Of a stretch of 64,000 bases of DNA, positions 27,531 to 40,096 are shown piece by piece. Below the pieces are notes generated by a model. The model was not told the DNA's origin and did no database searches. It was given only the letters and a program-made list of their open reading frames with translations. How positions within the stretch are numbered: position 1 is the first letter of the stretch; the number at the start of each line of letters is the position of its first letter. Source of the DNA: Camelus ferus (lineage: Eukaryota). The translations under genes were made by a program, and so were the position numbers. Location: the NCBI RefSeq assembly GCF_009834535.1, contig NC_045696.1, forward strand, positions 38,628,001 through 38,692,000, in the 5' to 3' direction.

Positions 27531-30500
27531 TTCTAAGTCAAACTGCTGCTGCCAAGTGAGGAAATTACAAAAACAAAAATGTTTACTTCTTCAGCTCTCT
27601 CAAACTCTTTATATTAAGAAAATACTATTTTAAAATGATGTATGTATTCTTTTCTCAACTTTATCCTTTATTCTTTACTTTCACAATAAGGACTATGAAA
27701 AATAATCCTCGATGCCAAAGTAAATTACTCCAACATTTTTATTAAATAACTCTGCCATTCTGATGTGTAGTTTTGTTTATTTCACTGAAGCATGAATTTG
27801 AGGCAGGGAAGGAAAAAAATAAAAGTAAATATGTTTTACTCTATTTTATTAATTTTCAAATATTGCATGATTTTATATCCAAATCAAATTAAATAATTCA
27901 TTATAAAATTCTTATTCAAAACAATAAAAAATTAAAAAGTGGATGTAGTTTATTGGGCATCATAAAATAGTCTATGCCTCAAATAACCTGTAACCAGAAA
28001 CATTTTAATATCCTCATTCTTTTTAAATTTAAAGAAAATTTCAAATGATTTAATGAGTGAGGCAACTATAGAAGAAAACAGTTCCAATAAACTAATAAAA
28101 CCAAAACTTCTCTGACTCAAACAGATACCTAGAAGTGTCCTCATCGGAGTTAAATCACAAATAATTTTTCTAAGGTAAGCAACAAATGTCAAAAATTTAT
28201 AAAATATCTTAGGACATCATGCATTCATTCATGAAAAAAGGCTTACTAAACTCTTAGATGGCAGATACCTGTGCTAGGTATTGTGGATTTGTGTTGGAAT
28301 AAATTCTGGAACTTGCAAAAAATAAAATAACTTAGATTTCATTTTCGAGTACTTTTGACTAGAACATATTTGGTTTCAAAATTATGATTTGATTTTTATT
28401 CAGAGTAATTAAGTCTTTTGAATGAGTGTATTCAAATCAAGAAATTCATTATTTTAATGAGATAAAGTTTAAATGAACCTCTCTTCATAAAGCATTCATA
28501 TTGGCTACTTTTTAAAATGCATTTATCTTAATGGTTTCAAAATGTCCTTCCTCAGTACTCTTCTAAGGGAGGCTGAGTTAATGGCCTATTATTATGTACT
28601 CCTTACTGAGCTGTTAATAGCTTTACAGTCTTTCAAAGAATACACCTGCTGCTCATAAAAACATTTATGTTGCTACAGAATTTGGCTGTGTTTTAATATC
28701 ATGTTATTTGCAGTGACCTTGTAGAATTCATACTGATCTGGTTTTTTAGGGGAAAATAAATAAGGATAGACATCTGTCCATTTACTTGAATATATCAGTG
28801 GAAAAGTAGAAAAGTTCATTATTACTAGTGTTTTAACATTTGAAAAGTTGTTTTTCTTTAATGTCTTTAACTTTCTTGGTGAATATTTATACTACTTGAG
28901 TTTCTTTAGATAGCTGATTCTTAAAATTTTGTCTCAATGTGTACATGCTGAAAAAACAGGTTTATGTTGCTATATGTATCTGTATATTTTAATTAGAAAC
29001 TAATGACTTAAATATTGTTAGAAATATCAACGTTTCCACAGAATGATTTAAAAAGTAAAAATATTATAATTAATTTAGATACTCCTTAAGCCTTTAGTAA
29101 GAGAAAATCATTAAGTCTGTAATTACAAAATGTGAAGTTTTAGCTGAGGAAGTATTCTGCAGTTCTTCATGGTTGAGTGCAATATAAATTAATTGTTTTT
29201 GGCTACATTTCAGTTGGCAAAGGCAAATTGCTCCCAGACCCTGTGTTTGATCCTTCTATTTCACACAAGGACATTTAAAGAAGGCAATCAATGCAATCAT
29301 TATTTCCATATGTCCCTCGATTCTTGTGATTTCGTGGAGTAGATCACAGCAGGTGGATGAATGAAATCTTTCTAATTTAGTTATGCCTGAATGTGTACAG
29401 CTATTACAGCTGCTGCTATCAACAACTTCTTGGTAATTTTCCTCCTATTTAGTGGATCATGCATCATAACATTTTTACTTTAGCATATTTAACAGCCCCA
29501 TATTTTTAAAAAACTGCCATATAGTCTTTCTGACAACTTAGTTCAATTGTTGGTTAGCACAGTGGTTTTTTTTTTACTGCTATGCATAGCAAATAGGTGG
29601 AGGTAGCTGACAGAGGTATAGTGCCTCTTAGTTCCTGAAACATGTCACATTCAGGATTATTATAAATCCTCTTTTTAATCTCAACATGGTGCCATTGTAC
29701 CAATGAGAGCTACATTAATAACTAGTCAACTGGTCCCGCCCACAAATGTAAATGATTGACTTGAGGCCCAAGTAACTAACTCTAAAGGAGGATATGTCAT
29801 CTGAAGAAATTTTTAGACACTGGCATTATTCTCACCCACGGATTCAACTGCACCACTAATCATGTAAGGATCAGACTCCTGGGCATTCAGCTGACTTATT
29901 CTAGTAGCTTCACCGACATGGAATTAAAATATGAAAGTTTCTATAATTGTGAGTGATTAATTTACTAAATAACCAATGCAGTTCCCATTCACTAACTCAG
30001 AATATAATTCATTATTAAAATGTTATGTCTTAGTCTAAGTGACAGATGTTCCCACCAACTACATAGACATCTATTTAACAACATCGACAACAATAATCAT
30101 TCCATCTCGTATTTGACGAGGATGCTCCAGTTCCAGTTTAGAATTCACTTTTGTGTGCATTCTTATTTGACACATCAGAACTGTATTGTGAGGTGGATGG
30201 AGCTGAGGGGTTTTGTTGATTTTTTAATCTGACTATGCTGTGGCTCTGTAATATTATCACATGCTCAAGTTCCTCTGTCTGTGAGTCACAGAAAGACAGC
30301 ACTGTATCTCCAAATTCCAATTCAGTGTTTTAATTAGTAAGTTCATCAGTTTATCACTGAATGTAGAATATCCTGTTCAAACTATAACAGAATTAGTATA
30401 CTCAGTGTAAAGCCTTGAGAAGCTCTTAGTTTTTTGATCTGTAGCACAGATATCTTCCTAAACTCACTATGATGGAAATGTTGAAGAATGTTCAAATAAA

Positions 30501-30929
30501 GAAATTAGTTTGGCTTACTATTTCTAGTTTGCCTTCATAGATGAGCTTAGATACTAATTTTAATTGTTGTGATAAAAGAAATAACAGTTTCATTCTTGCT
30601 AATGAGTCTCTTGCCTTATATTATAAAAAGAGGAAGTAAATACTTGTCTGGAGCCCACCAGTGGTATAAAATCCCATGAAATAGTAACAAAATATAATCT
30701 ATGTACACATTTGTTAGACTGAGCACTTTGAACATCAGATGTTCTTATACTCTGATTAGGATTGTGGATTATTTGTAATATATAAAATATAGATTAACTT
30801 TTTTCTTTTCCTCTGTGTTTGTCAATATATTAGTAAAAAGGGAATATAAACTGTAACATACTTAATATATAAAGTTTCTAATGATATGTGTCTGTATTGA
30901 GATACTTGGTATTGGAAGCTATATAGCGT

Positions 30930-31060
30930 AATAAGTGGCAGCATAGAATCCAGAGCTGGACTCCCTGGATTCAAATCCCAGCTCTATCACCAACTTATTG
31001 AGTGACCAATTTATTGAGTATCTCAGTCTTGTCATTTGTAAGGCCTCACAGAGTAACAGG
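30930..31060 (+). mobile_element. MIR SINE fragment
   Basis: gagctggactccctggattcaaatcccagctctatcacc...ctcagtcttgtcatttgtaa. Confidence 0.7.
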
Positions 31061-31370
31061 ATTTTCTGGGTATTGGGAGTGCTTATAGAGGCTGCAACAT
31101 TAAGTACTATGAGGTGTTAACGTTAAAAGATTTTAGCTGTATATGTTCTGTTTATACCTCTAATTGATTTATTTTGACTACTTTAACCTGTCATTTCAGG
31201 CTTAAAAATTATCTGATTTTTCAAAAAAATTAGATAATTGAAATGTTTAAGTTGATTAAGTTTTATATGTTAAGACAGAATCTTCAAAATACCATCAGCC
31301 AATCTAGTGACAAAAAATAGAATCAAAACTTTTCCATATTAGTTGAAGTCTGTGAAATGCAGGTTAATGG

Positions 31371-31870
31371 TGTCAATGAAAATAATCAATAAGCAATCAA
31401 TAATAAGAATATAAAAGAATTTTACTTGAGCCAAACTGAGGACTAGATTACTCTGAGAAACTGCTCTGGAGAAGCAGGGTTTTCAGCACAGTTTTATATC
31501 TTGTTAGAACAAAGAACATTAAACAAGTTAGGGTTACATTTCTTCAAAGGTAAAAAAAAATAAAATAAAATAACAGACCAGCACTTAGCACGTACACAGC
31601 AAGTCAGTATGGACTTGGTACCTGGGAAGGGCGTCTTATCATCAAAGTGGTGATTGGTGCTCCAGGAAGAGGAGCATTTAATATTTAACTGGGATAAATT
31701 TTACTTTTGGTCAGTATGCCCTTTTCTTTAATAATTAAAGCAGATATACAGTGTATGTTTGATAGGCCACAAGCAGGCTATTTTAGTTAGCATAAAATTT
31801 AAGTTAACTCATATATATTTAAGCCATAATGACTTCCCTATATCTCAATATGTGAAGTTTTCTTTTATCA
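31371..31870 (-). mobile_element. ERV1-class solo LTR (500 bp) with perfect 4-bp TSD
   Basis: TG...CA termini (tgtcaatgaa ... ttttatca) flanked by ATGG at 31367-31370 and 31871-31874. Reverse TATA gttttatatc. Confidence 0.82.
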
Positions 31871-31884
31871 ATGGTCAATCTATT

Positions 31885-32418
31885 TGTTTCAGTTACCTCT
31901 TCCAGTACAACGGACTACCCCCATAATGTAGTGGCTTAAAAATAACAATTCATAAGTATTACATCTCATGAAGCTGTGGGTCAGATACTTGAACAGGACC
32001 CAGCAGGAGCAGCCATCTCTGCCCCACAATTTCTGGGACCTCAGTTAGGATGATAGGAAATAGGCTAGGGACTGGGACACCTGAGGAATGGCTGTGCATA
32101 AGGTCGCATCGTCATCCCTTTCTCCCTCCCCTCCCTCTCTCCTCTCCCACCTCTCCACTCCACTCTCCAAGATTCCTCCATGTGGCTATCTTGGGAGTCT
32201 ACATAGTTTGACAGTCAGGCTAGTCATACATCTTAGACTGCAATGCAGAGCCCCAAGCCAGAAGTGGAAATTGCCAGTTTTCTTAGGGACTGGACAAGTA
32301 ACCTCTTTATTGGTCATATCAGTCACAGGCTAGACCAGATTCAAGGGGCAGCGACACAGACCTGACTCTTCGTTGAGAGGAGTGTAAAATAACTAGCCAC
32401 CATCTTTAACTCACTGTA
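31885..32418 (-). mobile_element. MLT1 (MaLR) solo LTR
   Basis: gtagtggcttaaaaataacaa...tctcatgaagctgtgggtcag...attggtcatatcagtcacaggctagaccagattcaagggg...gccaccatctttaa. Confidence 0.75.
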
Positions 32419-35400
32419 CTACTTGACTTTAGGTCAACATAACATTACATTATATGCTTTGTTTCTAATTGTACTAATTTAAAAATAAATTTCTTCAGTA
32501 CTAGGTCAAAACAGATTTATTAATTTTGAATGTATATGAAATTTTAAAAATTCAGTCTATGTAATTGTGTCTGGAGATATTACAGGGTAAAAAAAAAGTA
32601 GTAAATTTATGAAAGTAAAACCAAAAAAACAACTTTCACTGAGAAAGTTTTCAGTTCTTTGAATCTGCAATATACATTGGGTTGTGCCAATGTGTTCATT
32701 ACAAATAAAATAAAATTATACAGATCAAATTATCTAAGTTGAAAATAAGGAGACTTGTGCGTGTCCAAGGAAAAAGTGTCCATTACTAACACCAGAAATT
32801 CCCCAAGTACAAACTGCATAAATACTTAAAATGGGCAACATTGTAACCATAACCAAAGAACAGAGGCTTCTTCACTGTGGTCCAGGTTATATTTTCTTTT
32901 ACCCTAAATTTAACTTACTGCCTTGTGGTAGGTAATTTTTTCTCTTTCTAATTTGATTTGAAAACTAGTTTATATAGGGTGTTTCTCTGTGTGTGTGGTC
33001 TATGGGAAGCTACAATCTGTTTACTAGTATTATATTACTTATTTTGTTTCAGTGATGAGATATTATTCCATTTCTAGTCACAGTATCTTGGTAAATCTAT
33101 ATTTTATTGTATTTTATTATAAATCTTGAGGCATTCACTTGTTGCACATCTTAATATCACCAGTCCTCTGAGAAGATTCAAAGCCAGTGACTGCTTTAGA
33201 TCATTAACTGAAAATACTGAGTTATTTGGAGTATAATGGGATGCTTTTCAAGTCAAGATGATACCACTTACAAAGAAAGCTTTAAGTTTAAAATCTCTCT
33301 TTTGAGGGGATGGGGCTGTATTCCTTGAAATCTAAATTATGCTTTGTAGCTTTGTAGACCAATTTTAACAGATATTTTTGTTTCAGTTTTGAACAAAACA
33401 AATATAGTTGTCATCAGATCACAATAAAGACCCATCACCAAATATAACAAAAAATTAAAATTTCACCATGGTGACAAAATACATTTACATGGAAAGCTAA
33501 AAATGAAAAATAAATCTTCAGAAAGAGTCCTCTTCCTATTCTAACTGAGACTGAGGCATTCTCATGCATGTATATTTAAATGAATTTCTGCCTCCTTTTC
33601 TTTGCAAGAAGCAGCTCTTATAACACCATGTTCTGTGGCTGATTTGGACAAATGTTAAGACTTTACCTGGTATTCACAAATGATACTGTTTTTCAGTGGA
33701 GATTTTTCCACAGAGCATTTTTTAAAAATATTCTACTGCCATTTCACTCTAGTGAAATTCTGCCTTCTTTATTACTCTTAGTATTCTTATCTATAAATCT
33801 TACCTTCCTTATTATTTACTTTAATTCTGTCAGAATATCTAGCAATGAAGGAGCAGTTTTGGAGGCCAGGCACTTGCATTTACTGTCTAGTTATTTCATT
33901 TTTAAACACTTATTCTCTGCTCTTCTTTATTTTTCCTACCTATCATATAATTCAGTGAGTGCCGTTGTGAAAAAATATAACTCCTCTATATTTTTCTTTT
34001 ATAAAAAACATGTTATTACTTCTAGTTTTATTTTCTAATCCACATTCCACAATTAGGAAGAATTAATCAAAGCACAGTGCATGTGTTGCCTTTCTAGTTT
34101 TTTGCCACTCCATTCAGCCATATTCTTCCAACGATTTAACCAAAAACTTTCAGTTTGACAATTGGAATACCATATATGTTTGAAGATGTCAACATATGTA
34201 TATTAATGTTTCCAAAGATGCCATGTATTTTTTTCTCTCAGTGGCATTTATTGATAACTATCCTAATTTTATGATAAATGTTTATTTTTAACTAGCTTTT
34301 ATGTAGCTATTTTAATATTTGACCCAAACTATTTGACATAAGCAGGAATTTGTAAACTTTTCTAAAAATGTTTAGTTTAAACCAAATGTAACTCTCAAAT
34401 ATTCTTATAACGATTGTTTCCTATCATTTCTCCCATTTTAGATAAAATAATTTTATCTATCCTCAATACTTAGGTAAATATGAATTTTAAATATATATTT
34501 TATTCTACATATATTCCCTCCTTTTTTCTATCTGTATGTTATTTTTTATTACCAAATTTATGCATGTTTTTATAATTCTTATAGGTTATCAAAATCCTTA
34601 AGAATGAATGATGAATTTAAAGTTGTTGTTTGTCTGTGATATACTTTAAGAAAATCATTAAGAAATTTTTGAGCTATACTGAGAGAATAGCTATACACCA
34701 TTATAAATATTTATAGAGTAATAGAACACAGAAGAAATCTCTATATCCCGTCTGTACAAAGGTAGGTTACATGAAGACAGATGGGAAAATTAAAAGTGAA
34801 TAAATATTTTTTAAAATATGTATTAAAAGATATTTCAGCACAAATCTTAGTTTTTTTTAAGCATACCGTTTTGCAAAACATTTTTTGGCAAGTAAAATTT
34901 TGGCTTTTCCCGACAATGTTCCAAAGAAAACAAGCCAGCTATACTGACATAATATTATTGCACTTTGATTGTGGAAGTACCATAAGCCAGCTAAACAATT
35001 TTTCTCATCTCTCATTTGAATTACCATTAATTTATGCAAACTAATTTTAAATTGCTATAACAATATGTATAATTTAAAAGCTAAACTTATAGAGCAATTA
35101 ATTCATTAATTTCTTTATTCAATATATTTGGCTAATATATCATGGGAGCCTACAATGCTAAGCACACTGCATTAAGCAGTGAAAATATAAAGGTTAACAG
35201 GCAAGCAAAACACATACAAAATTTTTTGAAAGACCTCTCACAGCATCTGCAGAATTACCTCAATGCACAAGCCTGTTATTGCCCTAGATTAAATGTACCA
35301 CCTATTGATAATGACTCCTAAAAGAAAGAAATAATACTAAACACATCTGCTGGAGCCTGTAAAAGGATTTTACATGTTATTTTGCTTTTTTTCTTACGAA

Positions 35401-37439
35401 AAGCCTGACCCTTTGAAGTGGTATAATCTTTGCATTTTTCATAGGTGAATTGACTACAACTAGGACACCACTGGACTCATCCTAGCACTAGTAGTTTTGT
35501 AAAGGTCGCATTGTAATAATTTAGCCATTCTCCCTAACAGTAAATTTAACCACTATTTCAAGCAGTCAGTTATCTACTTATAAGTTATCTGTTTTCTGAA
35601 AATCAATTGTGAATGCTTAATTCTAGGTCTGTATCATTCTCCCATCAGGTGTACTTTGAGGCCATCTCCTACTATTGCTCAACATATAACATTCAAGGAA
35701 TGCATTTAATTTTCATTTTAGGTGAAACAAGATACACATTGGAAGGAATATAAGAAAAAAAGTCACAAATGCATTTAAAAGTGATTTAGGGTTATCTCTT
35801 ATTTTGGGTTACTGGGGATAATCAAGAGTTGATTAGAGTAAATTATAGCCATGGTAAATGATACTTCTCTAAAAGTGCAGTCAGAAAGTAGTTGTGTACT
35901 TAGAATATCTACTTCTACATTTTTCTTGCTTACACTTAATTTATAATTTTATCATAGCAATAGCCAGTTTTTACCTAAAAATATTTCAGAACACCTTACC
36001 CACTACTTAGAACACCCTACCAAATAGCTTGTTAACCCCTTCTTGCCCCAAATTAGAAACTCTGTCTTATGTACTTAAATGAATGTGAGAAAAGAAAACA
36101 ACTCTTTTGGTTCCCTCCAACAAAATCCAACTCTGATGATTATTTATGGGTGTCAAAATGTAGAATCCAAGGCAGAGCAGAATGTCCTAGACTCTGGAAG
36201 TCAGCAACCAGAAAAGCTGAGGTTATTCAACTTCAGTGCAGTTCTTTCTCTGTATCGTCCCTTCATGGATTCAGTCTCATTGGAGGAGAAATCTCTAATC
36301 ATTCTAGCTAGCTTTTATCTTCGGAGAAATCAGCTTGTTGGGACACTATCCCCATTTTCCCCTGGTGGTGCAGTTAACTTAGATCTGGTCACAGGAGAAT
36401 CACTGTGAGCTGGAACCATCCTAATTTGTGCTTCTACTTTGGAGCAGCAGTTTTAGTAGCCCAGTTCCCAATGATATGTGACTACATGTTAAGTGATCTA
36501 GGTATTCCTCTGTGAAGATCAATCATAGACATTTATTAAACACCATGCATCGAGCACTCCTTTGCTTTCTTGTTTTGTTTTCTAAGGGAAATATAGGTCA
36601 CATTTTTGAGGAAATAGCAGTCTACTTGGGGATATATATTGCTATACATTGAAATAACTATAGAAGGAACCAGATAGTATAAAATTTTTCCATCATTCTT
36701 TGAATTATTCCTTGAAAATCACACAACAAAATCAAAAAATTAAAAAACTCCCCCATCTCACCACCAAAATCTATTCATTTGAAGATTTAAAATATTTTCT
36801 TAAATAACATGTTTAAGAGTAATAGACTTAAATTGTAAACTGTTTAAAAATGAAAGACATTGAGATATATACATGAAGAGTTGACATCAATAGATACAAG
36901 CTTAGATTCAGCATTTTAGGCAAATGAAAGGTTCAATGTGACAATAAGATTAGACTCCCAGGAAAGCCTAGATTCTCAGCAGCTAGGAAAGAGCAATTCC
37001 TGAGTCTAAGCTGCAAGATCTGCCCTTGAGAAGAGACCCGAAGTAAAAGTTTATATCTCTAGAGAACAATACGTGCATATTCTGTTTGACAATGAATGCC
37101 TTGCGTTTACACTATTTAGTTCTGAACTATGGTTTTAATATATGTAGCTACAAATATATAAAATAGAAATTGTATACACATTTATTTTAGGAAATGATAT
37201 ACATAGCAGTATGTTAAAATGTATTGCTACTACATGCTTTTTTTCCACAATTGGTGCTATTATTCATGCCCATCCAAGTAGTGCAAAGGCTGTTTCACAT
37301 TCAGCCAACAAACATTAGTGCAGAAGACTGCCAGTGTTCTCAGCAATGAGCCTCCACTGTCCAGTGTGCTTTGCAACCCGTGGGATAATGCCTTGGGAGC
37401 TTCACTTTATGTCATTTATTTACTGCCTGACAACCTGTC

Positions 37440-38010
37440 TTGACCTTTAAAAGTGTACAAATAATAATCCTAAATCTACCACAAAGACTAAAAAGATACT
37501 GCATTTCTGGAAATTAGTGAATACTTAGAGCTGATTGACAATGTATCATGAAAAGTTATGGAGTACAGTTATGTGGTACTTAAGAGTGAAATTTATAGAC
37601 TTAAAATATATTTGAAAAAATATACTGACAATTAGTGAGTTAAGCATGAAATGTAAGAAGTTAAAAGACAACATAATTAACGCAAAGAAGAAAGAAAATA
37701 ATTTGTAATAAGAGCACTTATTAAGTGAAATAGAAAATGAAGAAACAATAGATAAAGCCAAAAGTTGGTTCAAATCTCTGGAAAAGTTTGATCAAGAAAA
37801 AAAAGAAAGTATTAAAATAAATAATGCTAAGAGTGAGAAAAGGGTTTTACCATTTAGCAAAGATGAAAAACAGATGTAATAGAGTTTTATGAACAATGGA
37901 ATGTATTACCTAGCAAAATTAAAGACATAAGTATCATACAAATAGCAATTCTGTTACGGTACAAACTCTAGAAAAATTTTCACACACACCCTATTCAAGC
38001 ATGTTCAGAA
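37440..38010 (+). mobile_element. Ancient L1 ORF2 fragments
   Basis: gaaatagaaaatgaagaaacaatagataaagccaaaagttggttc...aaataaataatgctaagagtgagaaaaggg. Confidence 0.55.
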
Positions 38011-39801
38011 TTGAGCCCACCTGGGCAAATAAAGCAATCTAGATGGCTCTGTGGCAAAGCACTGTCTCTATCTGGTGATAGCTACTTTGATATGTCAGCA
38101 GAAAGGCCATTAGCCAAAGTTCCTAGACAGTAGAGCTTGAAAACAGCAGGAGAGAGGGCTGCTGTGCACTGGAAGGAAGGACTCCCCTGACTCTGCTTTC
38201 TGAGCTCTCTTTGGCCCTCTCAGAGGTGGGAATATGTAAGACAAGGCAGCAGCCACCATGCTGCTGTGATTTAGGTTGAGGAACCATGTAAGCACACTTC
38301 CTACTTAGTGATTTTTATTCCAGGGATGTAGCTACACATACACTTCTGTATAACAACAGACATGCCATAAGCTATTTGCAAAAGGTGTCCTTTGCTCCCT
38401 GTAACTTTACTGAGTAAGAAATTACTATTTAGCTATGTTTTTAGGTGAGGCAACCAAGATATAATGTGTAATTATTATGAGGCCATTCTGAGAGTAAATT
38501 TTTGAATCTGTATCTCCTCTCTTTAAGGATGAAATTAAATTCTTTTTGCAGGATTTTAAATGTCTCTTAGTCATAATTTTATATTATGAAGCACTATTCA
38601 AAGTACACCATAACTCTCATGTTGCAGAAAATTCTGGGAGAGGTGGAATATTCTCCTCTGGTATATGAGAATAAACAATCCAATAGTTTTTTGCAAATTT
38701 CTCCCACAAACAATATTATCTCTTCTAGTAGTACACATTTTTTTGTCCGCAATATGGATGTTAAGCCCTCTAATTATAGAGGCCTTGATCTTAGAAAGCC
38801 TCTTCTTTTAGCAGATAATGACTGCCATCAATGATTTTATAGACTTTATTTCATTGGATTTTATGGTAGGCAGATATTTATTTACTTTCTAATCTGAAAA
38901 TTACCTAGGGATAAATGTATGTTGCAATTTGTTTTGTCTTTTCTACTTAAAATGTTGCTATTGTTAATTCATTTATTACTTTGTACTTTGTGTTTAATAA
39001 ACAGTTCTATTTGGGGTATAGATGGGGAATTCAGTTACTCAATTGACACAGAATAAGTATCTAGCATATAAAGTTCTGACAAATAAAGGCCATACAGTTT
39101 AAAATTTATCTTTAAGAAAAGGATTCTTTTCTCAAAAATAGCTTAAGGGAAATTATTTTCATAGTTTTAAATCTTAAAGCATCACCAGTCAATAAATGCA
39201 GTTTGACACATTCTGCACGTGCATAGATTTTTATAACGTTATTTATTAGTCTGGAAAGTCTCTTGAACAACAGAGATTTTTCTGACAAAGGTGAAAATAA
39301 ATCCTGATGGGAATATTATAGATAGAATTTAAGGATCAAATCAGTAATTCAGTTAATGATCTTGTAAGTCACTTCCAGTTCTGAGAATCTCTGTCTTTAG
39401 ATTTGTAACTCAAGGGCGTGGTGGCCTAATTTGATCTATGAATTTAGAAGAGTTGTTCATAGAAATAAAGGGTTTTTTTTTTCAAATACCGTATTAAAAC
39501 ACCATTATAAAGTTACTGAACAATAACACTATACAAAAACAGTACTGAGTTTAATGTATCCCCACCACCAGCATATTGTGCACTGTCTCTTATGTGCACA
39601 GGTGAATTGTTCTGAGGTGGTGGACAAGACAGCCCACTTAAAAGACCCTGAATGACTAGAGTGTTCAGTTAGCTGTGGTTCCTGTTAGTGGGGAGAGATG
39701 GTCTGGCAGTTACTTGCAAGTGACTGGGAATTAAGCCTCCAGTCCTGCCTGATTTCCTGCTGTCTTTCATACCTTACTTTGTCTTCGATGTTTCTTCACA
39801 G

Positions 39802-39836
39802 ACAGACTGTTTCAAAATCCACCTCATAATCCCTAG
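39802..39836 (+). other. Candidate 35-nt alternative exon (frameshifting, or 5'UTR exon of a short isoform)
   Basis: About 57-nt AG-free pyrimidine-rich tract (39743-39799) ending tttcttcacag, and donor TAG|gtaact at 39837. Confidence 0.35.
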
Positions 39837-40048
39837 GTAACTTGTACCTCTTTACAAAAAAACTGTTGTCTTTGGGGGGGAGTCAATTTCCCCTCAAAGG
39901 AAAATTGTCATCGTTTTATGTCTAAAGTTGAATCAACTTCAGTTGTTACTGCTGGGGAATCACTGAGTTTCAGAACAAAGCAATTGATTCAGGATAAAAG
40001 ATTTCAAACGTTAAAAAACAATTAATTTATTTTTCCTTTCACCCACAG

Positions 40049-40096
40049 GTCTACCCACGGATAGCGCCGGCATTTTGGCACTACCTGCGGGTAGAA
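40049..40096 (+). CDS. EPHA6: Candidate alternative 48-nt cassette microexon of EPHA6 (VYPRIAPAFWHYLRVE)
   Basis: Acceptor ttatttttcctttcacccacag with a ttaat branch-point-like motif about 23 nt upstream, and donor GAA|gtgagt. Length is a multiple of 3, phase 0/0 as required, no stop codon, and 4 CpGs are retained in a CpG-poor intron. Confidence 0.72.

Noticed and set aside
33652..34038. Longest ORF in the track (128 aa, Phe/Leu/Ser-rich)
   Set aside because: Its composition reflects T-rich intron; no domain similarity and no exon signals.
40048..40068. REST/RE1-like sequence CCACGGATAGCGCC inside the microexon
   Set aside because: Only the right half-site matches, with a mismatch in the GGACAG core and no CAGCACC left half. 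The exon and hairpin explain the sequence better.
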